Assembly: GCA_964016885.1 (NCBI GenBank)
Contig: OZ024754.1
Location: forward strand, 30,070,001 to 30,134,000
Length of the DNA stretch: 64,000 nt
Direction of reading: 5' to 3'
Source: Eledone cirrhosa
Lineage: Eukaryota
Below are positions 27,951-41,252 of the stretch, piece after piece. A program made the position numbers and the translations under genes. The notes under the pieces were generated by a model. The model was not told where the DNA came from, ran no database searches, and saw nothing but the letters and a program-made list of their open reading frames with translations. Within the stretch, counting starts at the first letter, position 1; each line of letters starts with the position of its first letter.

Positions 27951-30900
27951 AACACAATACACTTTAACCTTCAAGGGAGCCATAACTTCCTGTCACAGTT
28001 TTCAATCATAAAATACCTCAACCTTATGTAACATGGTAGAAATTATGGCTTGCAGTGGTTTATTACGTCTTTAGACGTTCTGAGTTCAAACCTTATAAAG
28101 ACTTGCATTCTGTGTCATTCCTCTAAGACTGATAAAATAAAGTAACAGTTTGGTAACACAAAGTTTAATAGCTTGTGGTTTAGTAGTTCAGTGCTTGGTT
28201 ACTCATAGTTTGGTGGCCCATAGTTTGATAGCTCAGAAATTTCATAGCTCGTGGTTTGGTTGCTCATGGCTTTATTGCTCACGGTTTGTTAATTGACGGT
28301 TTCGTAGCTCACAGTTTGATAATTGATGGTTTGATAGCTCGCGGATCGGTAGATAAAGATTAGCTAGTTTATGGTTTGATACCACGCGCTTTGATAGCAT
28401 AGGGGGTTGATAACTCAGTGTTTAGTTGGCCACGCTCTCCTCAGTGCGAGACTCTCATCTTGACCTTGCGGATGGAAGCAACAGTCCAGAACCCCGAGGA
28501 CATCAGGGCTCTTACAGTGACCGGGGCGTAATGGAATATAACCCCTGATAACTGGAGATTCTCTTATACAAATTGGACGGGTACTCAAAAATAGTACACA
28601 TATATATATAAATATATTTTCAAAGAACAAGTCTGAAACATATAAGAACCTATTCTTTGTTGAAATTTTCAAAGTCGCTTAATGTCCTTATAAGCCATAA
28701 TTATGTTTTTGCAACCCCCTCAGTTAAAATTCTCTTCACGCGTACTTCTCAAGGCGATCATAGGTACTTATGTGTGATTTTCGATTTTTGTTGGCACCTT
28801 ACCAGCGTTTTGAGAAATCGTCGACAAAAGAAAATTCGTTAGAATTATCCTTACTGGTGTTTCACATCAATTATTGCTATAAAGCTTTCTTCGTCCTCTC
28901 CTGAACTCTGTGGATGAACCAATCAAAGGCCAGCATTATCCTTTGTTCTTTTTAGACTAAACTAAACAATCAACCAATCAATGTCTATTATATTTGTTTG
29001 AAGATTGTATAATAAACGTTTATTGCTGAGATAATTATTATAGCAGACTGCTTACTATGTTTATGTCTTCGTCTTTCAGCAGAAAAATAATTTCTTTTTT
29101 GTCTACGAAACCAAACCACATTTCAGTTTCAGGGAAGGCCTAGGGGTAGGGAATGAAAGATTCTATTTCGCTCCACTTCTGGGAAATATATGATAACATA
29201 TTTCTTTTTATATGAACAGTCTAGAGTCTTCTATTAACGGCAATAACTTGGTAGATTTATTTTAATTATTGATGCGACGTTAAAATCGCAGCTACCCTGA
29301 ACGTATATAAAGATGACACTGAGATCAAATAGCGAATAAAAGCAAGGAGGAAATTACTTATTTACTAGCGGAAATCATACTACTATATTTAATGACTCTA
29401 GTTCAGTTTAAACTGCTTGTGTTCTCTTCTGGTAATATAGCAATATAATTAACAACACTAGATACTTGTGTCAGTTTTCTTGCTTTTCGTCTCCACGGTG
29501 TAGGGGTGAAAGAACTGTTGTGACCGCAAAGTGAACGCTCTTTTCTGGGCCCCTCCACTCAGTCGATTCCGGGAGAAGGATGAAATGTAGGAAAAATAGC
29601 CCTCAATGCATGATTGGTATTTCATTTATCGACCCTCAAAATCTACAAAGTAAAGTTCACCGTGATTGAATTTGAACTAGAGACAGAGAGATAGATAAGT
29701 ACAAGCAGGAGAGAGAAATCGAATGATACTTCATTTATCGACCCCAAAAGATGCCAGTTAGGGTTGGACTCGTCAGGGTTTTGAAACTCAGAACACTGCA
29801 AAATATCATATCTGATGGTTCTACCGACTCTGCCAGATTGCCACCTCCGAATAATAACGAAACTCACTTTAATAAAACACGAGGTTAACGACATTCGCAG
29901 TGACACCGAATTGATCGACTGTCATTACAGTTATTTCATGCGTTTAAGACTCTCACATTTTCAAAATTTATTTAGTTTCATTGCTTCGATAATTCATAAA
30001 ATGTATTAGGGTTTTTTTAATATGGATAAATCCTCTTAAAAAATTGAAATTAGGGTAATTTTCAGGCAGGTTCTGTGTGACAAGAATGGCACGTTGCATT
30101 ACATATACAGCTATTTTTTTCCAACTGGATGAACTGGAGCAACGTTAAATAAAGTGTCTTGCTCAAGGACAAAATGTGCTACCGGGAATCGAACTCATGG
30201 GCTTACGATCGACAGTCGAACAGCCGAACCACTATGCCAATCCCCTCCACATACTCACACACGCACACACACACATACATACACACACACACACACACAT
30301 ACACACACTGATTAGCGTTGTATACAAACCCAGACGCATCGACTGTCGGTCCGACATCCATTGTTTCGTCTAGCTGAGAGTTTTATAACAATGTCTGCCA
30401 AGATATCAAATTAATAATACAACACAAATGACGCAAGTGACTTTTTCATTTTCTTTCTTTAAAATTATAACTGATGATATGACAAATATAATTTTTTTAA
30501 ATAATAAAAGAATATTTCTTTAGCGATTAACTGCTGTTTGTCTTGCCAAACAAATGGCATCAATAAATCGATCATAAATCACACTGTAATCAATAGGTGA
30601 TCAATTGAGGTTACAATCAATTGTAAAAGAAAGGTTATGTGTATGTTTCGTCTTTAAAGAAACAAAACGATTGAAAAGATTGTCTGACAAATAAAATGCA
30701 AAAATCTTCTCCAGTCGGCAGATTTCAAAGAAATATTGTTATCATCATCATCAGTAGCAGATAATTATATTAAGAACATCAATAATCAAATTATTATGAA
30801 TAATAATTCTGTTTGTTTGTTTATTGCTGTTTTTGTTATTGTTTATTTGATACTTTTTTTTTTACTCAACTAATATCAATTAAGGTGAAAAGTGACAAAT

Positions 30901-31762
30901 TAAAAATAAATTTAACATATATCTCATTAAATTTATTGAAAATTAACTGAAAGCTTTCAAATATAGAAAACAAACGGATTCTTTACATGTCTTCTGGGAG
31001 TAAGATATCACCAGCTTATTAATGAGAAAGCTATGTTACTAAATTGTTCTACATTCTTGATTATTTTCAAAATTATTTGAAAATCATAGGCAATGCCTTC
31101 CATTAGAAAAGGATGATAGAAATATGTATGTCTATTTAAAAACCTTCCTAAATAGTTTTATGTAAGAACCTTTATTATTTAATGTTCCGAACGTCAGATT
31201 AATAACTGGAAAATTAGCTATATTACAGAAACCATTCAAATGAAAATTACAGTCAGTGTCTTTCATTAAAAATATGATAACAAAAGGATTGATGTGCTTA
31301 TATCAATCTAAAAAGTTCATTCATAATTCTATCTAACAACTTTTACTTTGTTATATTCCAAATATCAGATTGATAATGGGAAAGTTAGTTATATAACTAA
31401 ATCCATCCAAATTCTTGATTATTTTCGAAATTATTTGAAATTATTTGACTGTGTATTTCATTAGGAATATGATAAAGAAAAAGTTGAAATAGATAAATGG
31501 GGGAATAATATAATTTGCTAAAAGTTACTTTTCTAAATTAACTGCTAATTATCTTTCAATCAAACTCTAATATCACAACTGGAAGCTATGATTATTAATT
31601 TGTTTTAAATACTAATGCCCAGTGTATATTAATAAAAATGCCAGCAACTGTTCTCTTAGGAGATGTATGGTAATCGAATTATGCAATGATTCGATATTCT
31701 CAAAAGTGAGCAAAATTTGTTGGAAGAACTATATTCTTTTCTAAACTCCCCCTCTAAGAGGA

Positions 31763-32472
31763 CATTACGGATAAATAATCTATGTATATATCATTACGGA
31801 TGGATATATCTATATATATATATCATTACAGATAAATAATCTATGGATATATCATTACGGATGGATATATCTATATATATATATCATTACAGATAAATAT
31901 ATCTATGGATATATCATTACGGATGGATATATCTATATATATATATCATTACAGATAAATATATCTATGGATATATCATTACGGATGGATATATCTATAT
32001 ATATATATCATTACAGATAAATATATCTATGGATATATCATTACGGATGGATATATCTATATATATATATCATTACAGATAAATATATCTCTGGATATAT
32101 CATTACGGATGGATATATCTATATATATATATCATTACAGATAAATATATCTATGGATATATCATTACGGATGGATATATCTATATATATATATCATTAC
32201 AGATAAATATATCTATGGATATATCATTACGGATGGATATATCTATATATATATATCATTACAGATAAATATATCTATGGATATATCATTACGGATGGAT
32301 ATATCTATATATATATATCATTACAGATAAATATATCTATGGATATATCATTACGGATGGATATATCTATATATATATATCATTACAGATAAATATATCT
32401 ATGGATATATCATTACGGATGGATATATCTATATATATATATCATTACAGATAAATATATCTATGGATATAT
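31763..32472. repeat. 62-bp minisatellite, about 11 units, internally dimeric (33+29 bp)
   Basis: TCATTACGGATGGATATATCTATATATATATATCATTACAGATAAATATATCTATGGATATA repeated almost identically. Confidence 0.95.
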
Positions 32473-32852
32473 GTGTTATTAACCACGATTTAACACGAAT
32501 TCTGATCAAATCAGCGAGGAACTTTCTTTATTCCCCAATTAAGCAAACTGTAGCTTTGGCTATTGTTGATACACGTTGTGAAGGAAGCAAGCTATCACTG
32601 GTTCCCACTTAAGAAATATCGATTCTTCACTGTCTTCTAAATTAGTTACACCTTTCTTAATACCTCTCAAGAAAGTAGTTTGTGGTGGTCATGATCAGGG
32701 CAAATGTTACTAATAAGGTCAACTAAGCACCGGTCTAAGGCACAGAGATCAGAGAGGTGTATTACTGAACCGGAAACGATCACAGTTTTATGCAAATTTG
32801 TATAAATTCTTCTTCTTCTTCTTCTTCTTCTTCTTCTCTCTCTCTCTCTCGG

Positions 32853-33074
32853 GGTGGTGGATTGGCAGTATCAGTAGAGAGTCGGACACCATATTTTGCA
32901 ACATAGAGTTACGGTCCTTTACGGTCTGAGTTCAAATCCCACCGAGATTAACTTTGTCTCTCATCCTTACGGGGTCGATGAAATAAATCCCCAGTAACGT
33001 ACGCGGGTCGATTTAATCGCCTTTCCTATCCCTCCAAATTACTGGCCTTGTGCCTATACTAGAAATCATTATTA
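32853..33074 (+). mobile_element. full-length SINE A within a (CT)n/(CTT)n tract
   Basis: A-box and B-box-like head, core and ATT tail. Confidence 0.85.
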
Positions 33075-33404
33075 TCTCTCTCTCTCTCTCTTCTTCCTTT
33101 TCTTCTTCATCATCATCTTTTTCTCCGTCTTCTTCTTCTTCTTCACCCACATATTTCTGAGAGAATTGTTGGGGCAGTGTCCTCAAGCACTCTTCCCATT
33201 TTTGATTCGCTCAGAAGCAATGGTGGATGTTGACTGTGTGGTGAAAATGCAGGCTTCGTAATTTTACTAATTTGATCTAAGCAAGAATATTAACAACTAG
33301 GTTCTTCGGCTTTCCAAACAGTAAATTGATATTATTCTGGAGAATGGGGGTACATAACTGGAAGTAATGTACCCCCATTACAACATAGTGTAATTGTTTA
33401 CGTC

Positions 33405-33680
33405 TAAAGTCTGTCGCAAATCAGGAGGCTCGTTAGGCCAGTTTCATGGCGTGAAGCGTGAAGCGACTGAGAGTATAAGACTCTCCCTGGACAGGACGCT
33501 AGTCCATCGCAAATTTAAACACCCAGCTATTGCTGGTACACATTTTCAGCTGTTTATACTGGAACAGCGAAAATGAAGTGTTTTCCTCAAGAACACAACA
33601 CACTCAGCCCAAGAATCGAACCCATGACATTATGATCGTAAGTTAAACACATTTACCACTAGGCCACGCGCCTCCACAAT
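33405..33680 (-). mobile_element. SINE family B
   Basis: Homologous to 2745-3030. Confidence 0.7.
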
Positions 33681-34165
33681 TCTTACGTCTAAATAATTAT
33701 TTGTAATGTGGCATTCCCAGATTCTATCACGATATCCTACTTAGTAATTATACTAAAGTCATTTCATTTTATAGCTATTTCCTCGTTTAACTTGCGCTAT
33801 TTAAATTTACAGTTTTACTTGTGAAAGCATCCAACTTAACTTAATTGACAAATAAATGTTGAAATATAATGTGGATCAATATCAAATGTAAGACTGAATA
33901 AACAAATTAAAATAATCACAAAACCCTTTTATTTCATTTTAAACAGATGTGGCTTAAACAACAAATGTATGTGTTGGAGATTTTAGATATATTATACACT
34001 ATCATAGTATAATTCTAAAGTATCTTGCGGTTTTAGGCGAGGGTATTGGAATGATAAGAGATAAGGGTTAACTGATAAGATGTATAGGTTAACTAACAGG
34101 ATCTATAGGTTAACTGAGATATTACAAGAGTGTTTACTGGAGTAGACAGTTGTTTTTTATACATA

Positions 34166-35034
34166 CGAGGTGGGTCAGAAAAGTTCCAGGACTGATGTCA
34201 CAAACGATTTATTTCAAACCCAAACTTCACACTAAGAGTTTTCTCCATCAAAGTAATCCCCCTTTTCCATCCTTTTCTGCCACGCTTGCATGCACTGCTG
34301 GAAGGATTCTTCCGGGATCCTCCGCAGTTTCGTCGTTACGGCCTTTTTGATGTCGTCCACGTCTTCAAAACGGTCGTACTCGAAGATCCATGACTCATCA
34401 CCGGTGATGACTGTCCCTAGCAAGTCTGGTTCGGTTTCAAGACGCTCGAGGATGTCCTGGCACACTTGCATGCGTCGACTCTTCTGGTCATCGTTCAGCA
34501 GTTTTGGCACCATCTTCGCGCAAACTTTCCGCATGTCCAAATCTTCAGTGAGAATCTTCCAGACGCTGTCCCGATTCATGCCCAGCTCATTTGCCATCAG
34601 TCGAACAGTCAGCCGACGATCGCTACGCACTATTTGCCTGACGCGCTCAACGTTGACCTCAGTCCTGGTTGTTGAGGGACTTTCGCTCCTGGGGTCATCT
34701 TCCACGTCCTCGCGGCCTTCTTTAAACCTCTTGCACCACTCAAAAACACGTGAGCGTGACATCGTCTCATCTCCATACACTTGCTGCAGTAATCCCAGTG
34801 CTTCTGATGGAGTTTTCAAGTTTGTTCGTTGTTCTTTACTCATTGCTTTACTACCTGAAACAGAGCACATGTATATAAAATTATGAAGAAAAAAGTTTGA
34901 TCGCTGCAGAGAGCTAAGATTACAGTTACATACTCCAGGGGGATTACTTTGAAGGAGAAAACTCTTAGTGTGAAATTTGGGTTTGAAATAAATCTTTTGT
35001 GACATCAGTCCTGGAACTTTTCTGACCCACCTCG
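34166..35034 (-). mobile_element. mariner (Tc1/mariner) internal-deletion derivative
   Basis: About 97-bp TIRs beginning CGAGGTGGGTCAGAAAAGTTCCAGGACTG; TA TSD on both sides. Confidence 0.95.
34232..34840 (-). pseudogene. mariner transposase with an in-frame deletion of the catalytic core
   Basis: HTH region (VYGDETMSRSRVFEW..RFKEGREDVEDDPR), CAKMVPKLL, first D motif ITGDESWIFEYD joined directly to RFEDVDDIK..GDYFDG; HDNA and SPDLAP motifs absent. Confidence 0.9.
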
Positions 35035-35685
35035 TATATCTTACGATTAAATAAAAGTGGGACCTAGGAATGAGTATAATCTGTATGTATGTGTGTATTA
35101 TGTATGTATTATGTATGTATGTATGTATTACGTATATATATATAGAGAGAGAGAGAGAAAGCGAGAGAGGTGGGGGTGGGAGAGAAAGCTAAGATAGTGA
35201 AAGAGATGAGAGAGTGAGAGAAAGAGGAGAGAAAGAGGTGAAGGGTCAAAAACCTTTCGGATTGATAAGTCGATTTTAAACGGTGTTAAACTAAGCAAGC
35301 ATGTCATCAAAAACGTGTCATCCATGCCCATCACGTTTTTCTAGGGGAAGGGAGTTACATTACGCAATTTCTCAAGATGGTAGGATGTGGATTGGGCAAG
35401 ATTTTGCTGCTGTTTCTAGCATGTTGAGTGACTATACTAAGGCATCCTGGAGGGCTCGTTTTCATAGAATAAAAAAAAAACCAAGTATGAACTTAGAACC
35501 AGAAACTAAATATTGGTTTCTAATTTAGACAAAAAGCCTCCAATTTTGGAGAGAGGAAGGGGTAGATTAAATCGAGTCCAGTACTTAATTGATACTTTAT
35601 TTCATGGATCCCAAAAAGGGGAAAAGAAGAGTTGACCTTTACAAGATTTGAATTTCGGCAGCAGAGAGCCGGTAATAAGAAAATC

Positions 35686-35853
35686 CCGTATTTCCCGGCG
35701 CCGAAGACGCTACTTTTTTCATAAAATAAGTCTCAGAAATCTACCATGGGTCTTGGAGGCCGTAGGTTGTTTACAATTTTTTTTCAAATTTTTGCTTGTC
35801 AAAATTAGGGTGCGTCCTTGAGGACGAAGCGTCTTCGGCGCCGGAAAATACGG
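35686..35853. mobile_element. MITE (Tc1/mariner-pogo-like ends)
   Basis: 25-bp TIR CCGTATTTCCCGGCGCCGAAGACGC / GCGTCTTCGGCGCCGGAAAATACGG, followed by TA; inserted in a SINE A. Confidence 0.8.
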
Positions 35854-36655
35854 TAAATAATATAAGACTCGTCGTGTGGCATTCCTCTGTTTTATAGGAA
35901 ACAACCGAAATATGAAATAAACCTATAGTTTTAGAAACAGTCTGCTTAATATTTTTCTAAGTCCGTGTTTGGTAAATATGCTTCTAAGAATCTTTCTGTT
36001 TACAATCCGTGTTAAATTCCATTAAGGAATTCCTTTGTACCAAATTGAATAATGGCATTGAGGATCGTTTCTTTCAGTATCTGCAAAACCATATTTATAT
36101 GTAATTCTTTAGTGCAGTTTGATAAATGTTCCGAACGAATCCCTTTGGATTCTAATACTATTATTCTATTATACCGTTACTCCATTAAAAATGGTTTTCT
36201 AGAAACTTCCAAAAATATTATAAAACAAATCCCTACGTATGTAATATTTTATTGAATGTTAAAACGGTTTAGTTTTGTATATAATTCTTCCCTCATCATT
36301 TATGTGCAATCATTTAAAGAGATTTGTATTTCAAATATTTTACCTACATTTCCGTGTGAATATTTAAATAGAGGCGTAACGAGATTTGTGGAGGAATGGA
36401 AGTAAATTTAAGATGAGAGCCTATTCAATGTTTTTTTGAAAGTATTAACAATTTATGAACGTTCACGAAAGTATTTAGATGGAAACGATTTATAGGTTTA
36501 AAGCATGAGAGATTTCATATTCATCATAGAATACTTTTTGAAGCAATGTTTGGCGGTCGGAGGCTTTTTCTGGCGCCATTCCTTTTATTCACCTCGTACG
36601 ACTCGCAGGGATATTGTGTACCTACTCTAAACCGGATACACTCAGAATACTGTTT

Positions 36656-36729
<74 letters not shown>

Positions 36730-36731
36730 CA

Positions 36732-36794
<63 letters not shown>

Positions 36795-36805
36795 CAGCAG
36801 CAGTA
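36732..36805. repeat. (TAG)n microsatellite
   Basis: Direct observation. Confidence 0.95.
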
Positions 36806-37059
36806 GATTATGTATAGTGATAGATTAACAGTAATCGATAGAGCATCTAACAAAATGCTTTGTGTTATTTAGGTACAACTCTCTACGTTCTGAGTTCAAA
36901 TCCCGCCGAATTCAAGTCTGCCTTTTATCCTTCTAGGAATAATAGAATAAAGTACCAGTTTAGTACTGGCGTGGATATAATCGACTTTCCCTTTCCCCAA
37001 ATTACTGGTCTTGGGCTAACGTTAGAAAGAATTATATATATAAATATATATATATAAAT

Positions 37060-37093
<34 letters not shown>

Positions 37094-37280
37094 TTCGTTT
37101 CTGAATTTGTTTAGCAAGATTCTTTATCTGAAAACGTGTGTTGAAACCGATATTGTTATACTTTGGGAGGGTCATGTTGCCAATAAGAAACACACGCACC
37201 AGTTGCTTTCACTTCAATTTATTATAAATTTCCGATTGGTTGGTTGGTTGGTTCCACAACCGGATAGTTGTTCATATATT

Positions 37281-37323
37281 GTCAAAGTTCTTTCGTCACA
37301 CATTCTGTGACCTCTTCAGTGAC
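37281..37323 (-). ncRNA. minimal type I hammerhead ribozyme of the PLE pLTR (family P)
   Basis: GTCA-CTGAAGA-gGTCACA/TGTGAC-GAAA-GAAC-TT-TGAC. Confidence 0.8.
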
Positions 37324-37519
37324 TGGGGATTCTTTTCTTTGTTTTGTGCCTCTCCTTTGTTCCGTCCTACGCCATCTTGTTTTTGTGTGTGTTGTGTGCT
37401 TAGTTTGCGCATGTGTTACATCCGGGTGTCTGTGTGTGTTTTTATTTGTTTATTTATTTGTTTATATACATGTTACTAGTTAGTTGTTTGTTCTATATGT
37501 GTATGTTTTCATTTTGTCT

Positions 37520-38215
37520 TTAATTGTAAGTTGTTATGTTGCTATTCCATTCATATTTTCTATTTAATTTTGGTTGGAGTTCATTTATGTTTATTGCCTC
37601 TGTGATTTGTCTAAACATTGTGTCTTTTCTGTGTGTAGGTTTAATTTTTATTTCTATGTTCTCTAATTTGCCCTTATGTTCTATTATGTTCTATTTTAGC
37701 ATGTTGGTGGAGTACTGATGAGTCTTTTCTATCTTGGAGTTCTCATCAGTGTTCATTTAATCGTTCTCCTATACTACGAGCTGTCTCACCTATGTACATT
37801 ATATTCTTATCTTTACATTGTTCCTCAGTACATCTTATTCTATATACTATATTTCTAGTTTTACAGTTAATATGGGGGCTTAGTTTATAGATTATGCATT
37901 TCTTATCTATACAGGGAGGTCTTTGAAAAGGGTATGTATTGCTAATAAGTGTTTTTATGGAGGTACCTGGTCTTTCCACTATCTTAATATTTAGTTTAAG
38001 TTTATCTAGGGCCCTTCTAAATTTGTAAGCTAGTTCACCTCTAGGGGTTGTATTGATGAACATTACATTCTGGTATTTATTGCTATCATACCATGAGTTT
38101 ATTTTATTTACCTTATTCCTAGTTCTTTCTATTCTATTCAAAAATTTGCCCCTATACAAGGGGCAGGTCCCATTTTTATCATTATTTACCATTTTTTCCC
38201 ATTTGGTTCTGGTTC
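37520..38215 (-). pseudogene. PLE GIY-YIG endonuclease domain
   Basis: NCKTRNIVYRIRC...MYIGETARSIGERLNEH, then after two stops SSVLHQHAKIEH, then after a 10-bp duplication frameshift RQITEAINI..PKLNRKYEW. Confidence 0.9.
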
Positions 38216-38632
38216 CTCTATAAGGGCAATGGATTGGTAGTATCAGTAGAGCGTTCTGAGTTCAAATCCAGCCGAGGTTAGCTTTAACTTTTATTCTACT
38301 GGATTCGATAATATAAAGTAATTGCTATTAACTGGGATTAATATAATAGACTTATTCCTCTACATCTAATTGCTGGCCTGGCCTTATATGGAAATTAAAA
38401 ATCATTATATAAGTATTTTTTCCAAAATCATTATATTATATTCTATTATATTATACAAGACAATACCAACAAGCTGGAGCATGGGTTAGCCATGTGGGCC
38501 GCATGAAAAGCTTCATACTTATTATGGAGTACCTTTTTATGTAATATTTTCCAGCCAGATCTTCTTCCTAATAGGAACCCATTTAGTCGCCTCCACAACA
38601 CGCAGAGATACGTTGTACGTATTCTAAACCGG

Positions 38633-38717
<85 letters not shown>

Positions 38718-39979
38718 TATTATTGCTGCTATTAATAATTACAAAAATTCATAATTTTAATCAATAGTTTCAACCGAAGATTAGATTGTATGAATGTGTG
38801 TTTTTAAATATGAGCAAAAGTAACAATTAATTTCAATATTTCATTCCTCTGGGGCAGAAAACTGATGTGAATAGTTTAAATGATTGGCACCTTCGCAGTC
38901 CATATTTCCTCGAATAGAAATGTCATTTGACATGACATAGGAATTGTTCTGCCAATGAAGAAAAATAGTTATTCAACCGCAAAACCTATCTTCACGCGTC
39001 ATGAGTTCTTTTTTTTTCAATGATTTCCACACGTCTTCAGTGTTTTAACAAAAGAAATGTAGGCCTTAGAATGAAAGTAGCATAGGATAAAGGATAAAGG
39101 GTGTAAGGTAGAATGTGTTTGGATTGCTGAGGAAATTTCAATGAAGAAAAAATACCAATCCTTATAAAAAATCATGTGATATAACAGAAGGTGGTGTAGG
39201 GAAGATATTTTGCACAATACTGAAATTTCAAAAGGTTTGGTGAATTCATAACATGCTTTTATATCACACCATTTCTGTTATTTCAATGGCGGAAGAATTC
39301 ATAGATAATAATACGAAATTCAATTGATATGAGAAATATTATTGCACGCTGCTTCAGTGAATTTAAATTCAGTAAAGGATATTCGCATCGGGAAACCTTA
39401 TCAGGGTATATCTACTGAATCGTGATTATATTTTTTAATTTTATTGTTTATGTTTTTGGCAGTTTATTGGAATAATATAAACTGCTTTGCATTTTCTTTC
39501 AGTAATGTGAGCAAAGAGTTATGGCTTGATTTGATGTGATGCATGCAGCCTGAAAAACGTTGATACACTCACACACTCACACACACGCACGCACACGCGC
39601 GCACACACACACACACACGTACGTACACACACGCACGCACACACACACACTATATATATATATATATATATACAAACTTAAATACATACATACATGCATG
39701 CTTACATACATACATACGTACGTACGTACATATGTATGTATGTATATTTATATATCTGTATTATCGTAATTTAACATCCGATATTCCTTGTTGGCATGGG
39801 TGGTAATGCCGAATTTCGAGGATGGGTACAGTTTGGTTTGGCCGGAGTCATGATTGCAGACTGGCGTTCGATTTAGGGTAATTGTTCAAGGTTTGTAGAC
39901 TCATTGGAGCAATAACGGTCTTTTTTACGTGTATGTACATACATATATACACACATATATATATGTATATATATAGAGA

Positions 39980-40055
<76 letters not shown>

Positions 40056-40075
40056 TATGTATATATATATATGTG

Positions 40076-40106
<31 letters not shown>

Positions 40107-40142
40107 GTATATGTATATATATGTGTGTGTGTGTGTGTGTGT

Positions 40143-40332
40143 TTAGAAACGATCGACTTTCGTCAAATCGGACCGAGGAAACAATGTTTCCGTTGGTCTT
40201 TCCAATTGCTAATACTATCTATCGGTCGCAACTCCAGGTAGAAGGAGCAACGTGATATAAAGTGTCTTGCTCAAGGACATAACGCATCGCCTGTTCCTGG
40301 AATCGAACTCACAACCTCAAGATTGTGAATCC
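40143..40332 (-). mobile_element. SINE family B subtype
   Basis: Reverse-complement match to 48975-49170. Confidence 0.8.
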
Positions 40333-40333
40333 A

Positions 40334-40415
<82 letters not shown>

Positions 40416-40497
40416 CTGTATGTGTATCTGTATATGTATATATATGTATATATATATGTGTGTGTGTGTATATATATAAATGTGTGTGTGTGTGTAC

Positions 40498-40606
<109 letters not shown>

Positions 40607-40611
40607 AAAGA

Positions 40612-40720
40612 ATCGAAGAATCGCGACCCAACGGCTGAACTTTTGCCGTTCAACAGCTAGTTCCATAGCTGTTGAAACAGCAAGAGTTCGACCATGAGAT
40701 CGTCTCCGTATATTGATTGT
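40612..40720. mobile_element. diverged family Z-like fold-back beside (TA)n
   Basis: GACCCAACGGCTGAACTTTTGCCGTTCAACAGCTA..TAGCTGTTGAAACAGCAAGAGTTC; retains the GAAA-CGGC/GCCG-TT-GGGTC pattern. Confidence 0.55.
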
Positions 40721-40889
40721 TTACCCTATGTATTTCGGGGACAACATTAATTTCAAATATGTAATTGACTGCTTCAACAAATGACATTTCTATTTTGTGA
40801 ATTAGAAGATTGGTTGTATTTTAGTTGTTCTTGTATTTTTAAGTTGGCTTCAATGTGTTCCTCTATTTTGGTGGATGTTATTATCATCG

Positions 40890-41252
40890 TGGATTGACAG
40901 TATCGGTAGAAGGTCGGACGCCATGTTTTGCAGCATAGAGTTACGGCCCTTTACGGTCCGAGTTCAAATCACGCCTTTCATCCTTACGGGGTCGATAGAA
41001 TAAAGTACCAGTAATGTACTGGGATAATTGCTGGCCTTGTGCCAAAAGTAGAAACAATTATTATCGCAGATTGGCAGTATCGGGAGAGCGCTGGAGATTA
41101 TGCTTTGCGGCATCGAGTTACGTCCCTTTGCGTTCTGATTTCAAATCCCGCTGTGGTTAGCTTTGCCTTTCATTCTTACAGGGTCGATAAAATAAAGTAC
41201 CAGTAATGCACTGGGATAATTGCTGGCCTTATGACAAAAGTAGAAACAATTA
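40890..41252 (+). mobile_element. two tandem SINE A copies
   Basis: 40890-41062 and 41068-41252. Confidence 0.85.

Larger units (their letters stand above)
37093..38218 (-). mobile_element. 5'-truncated Penelope-like retroelement (GIY-YIG region plus 3' pLTR) ending in (TA)n
   Basis: GIY-YIG coding remnant followed by a 3' region containing an HHR. Confidence 0.9.

Noticed and set aside
31763-32472. CRISPR-like appearance of regular repeats (also 11350-11595 and 63473-63592)
   Set aside because: No unique spacers, no cas genes, eukaryotic context
37743-37748. Tandem TGA TGA in the GIY-YIG frame as possible selenocysteine codons (as in Naiad PLEs)
   Set aside because: Not at Cys positions; explained by TGG/CGA to TGA decay; a nearby frameshift shows the copy is dead; no SECIS recognised
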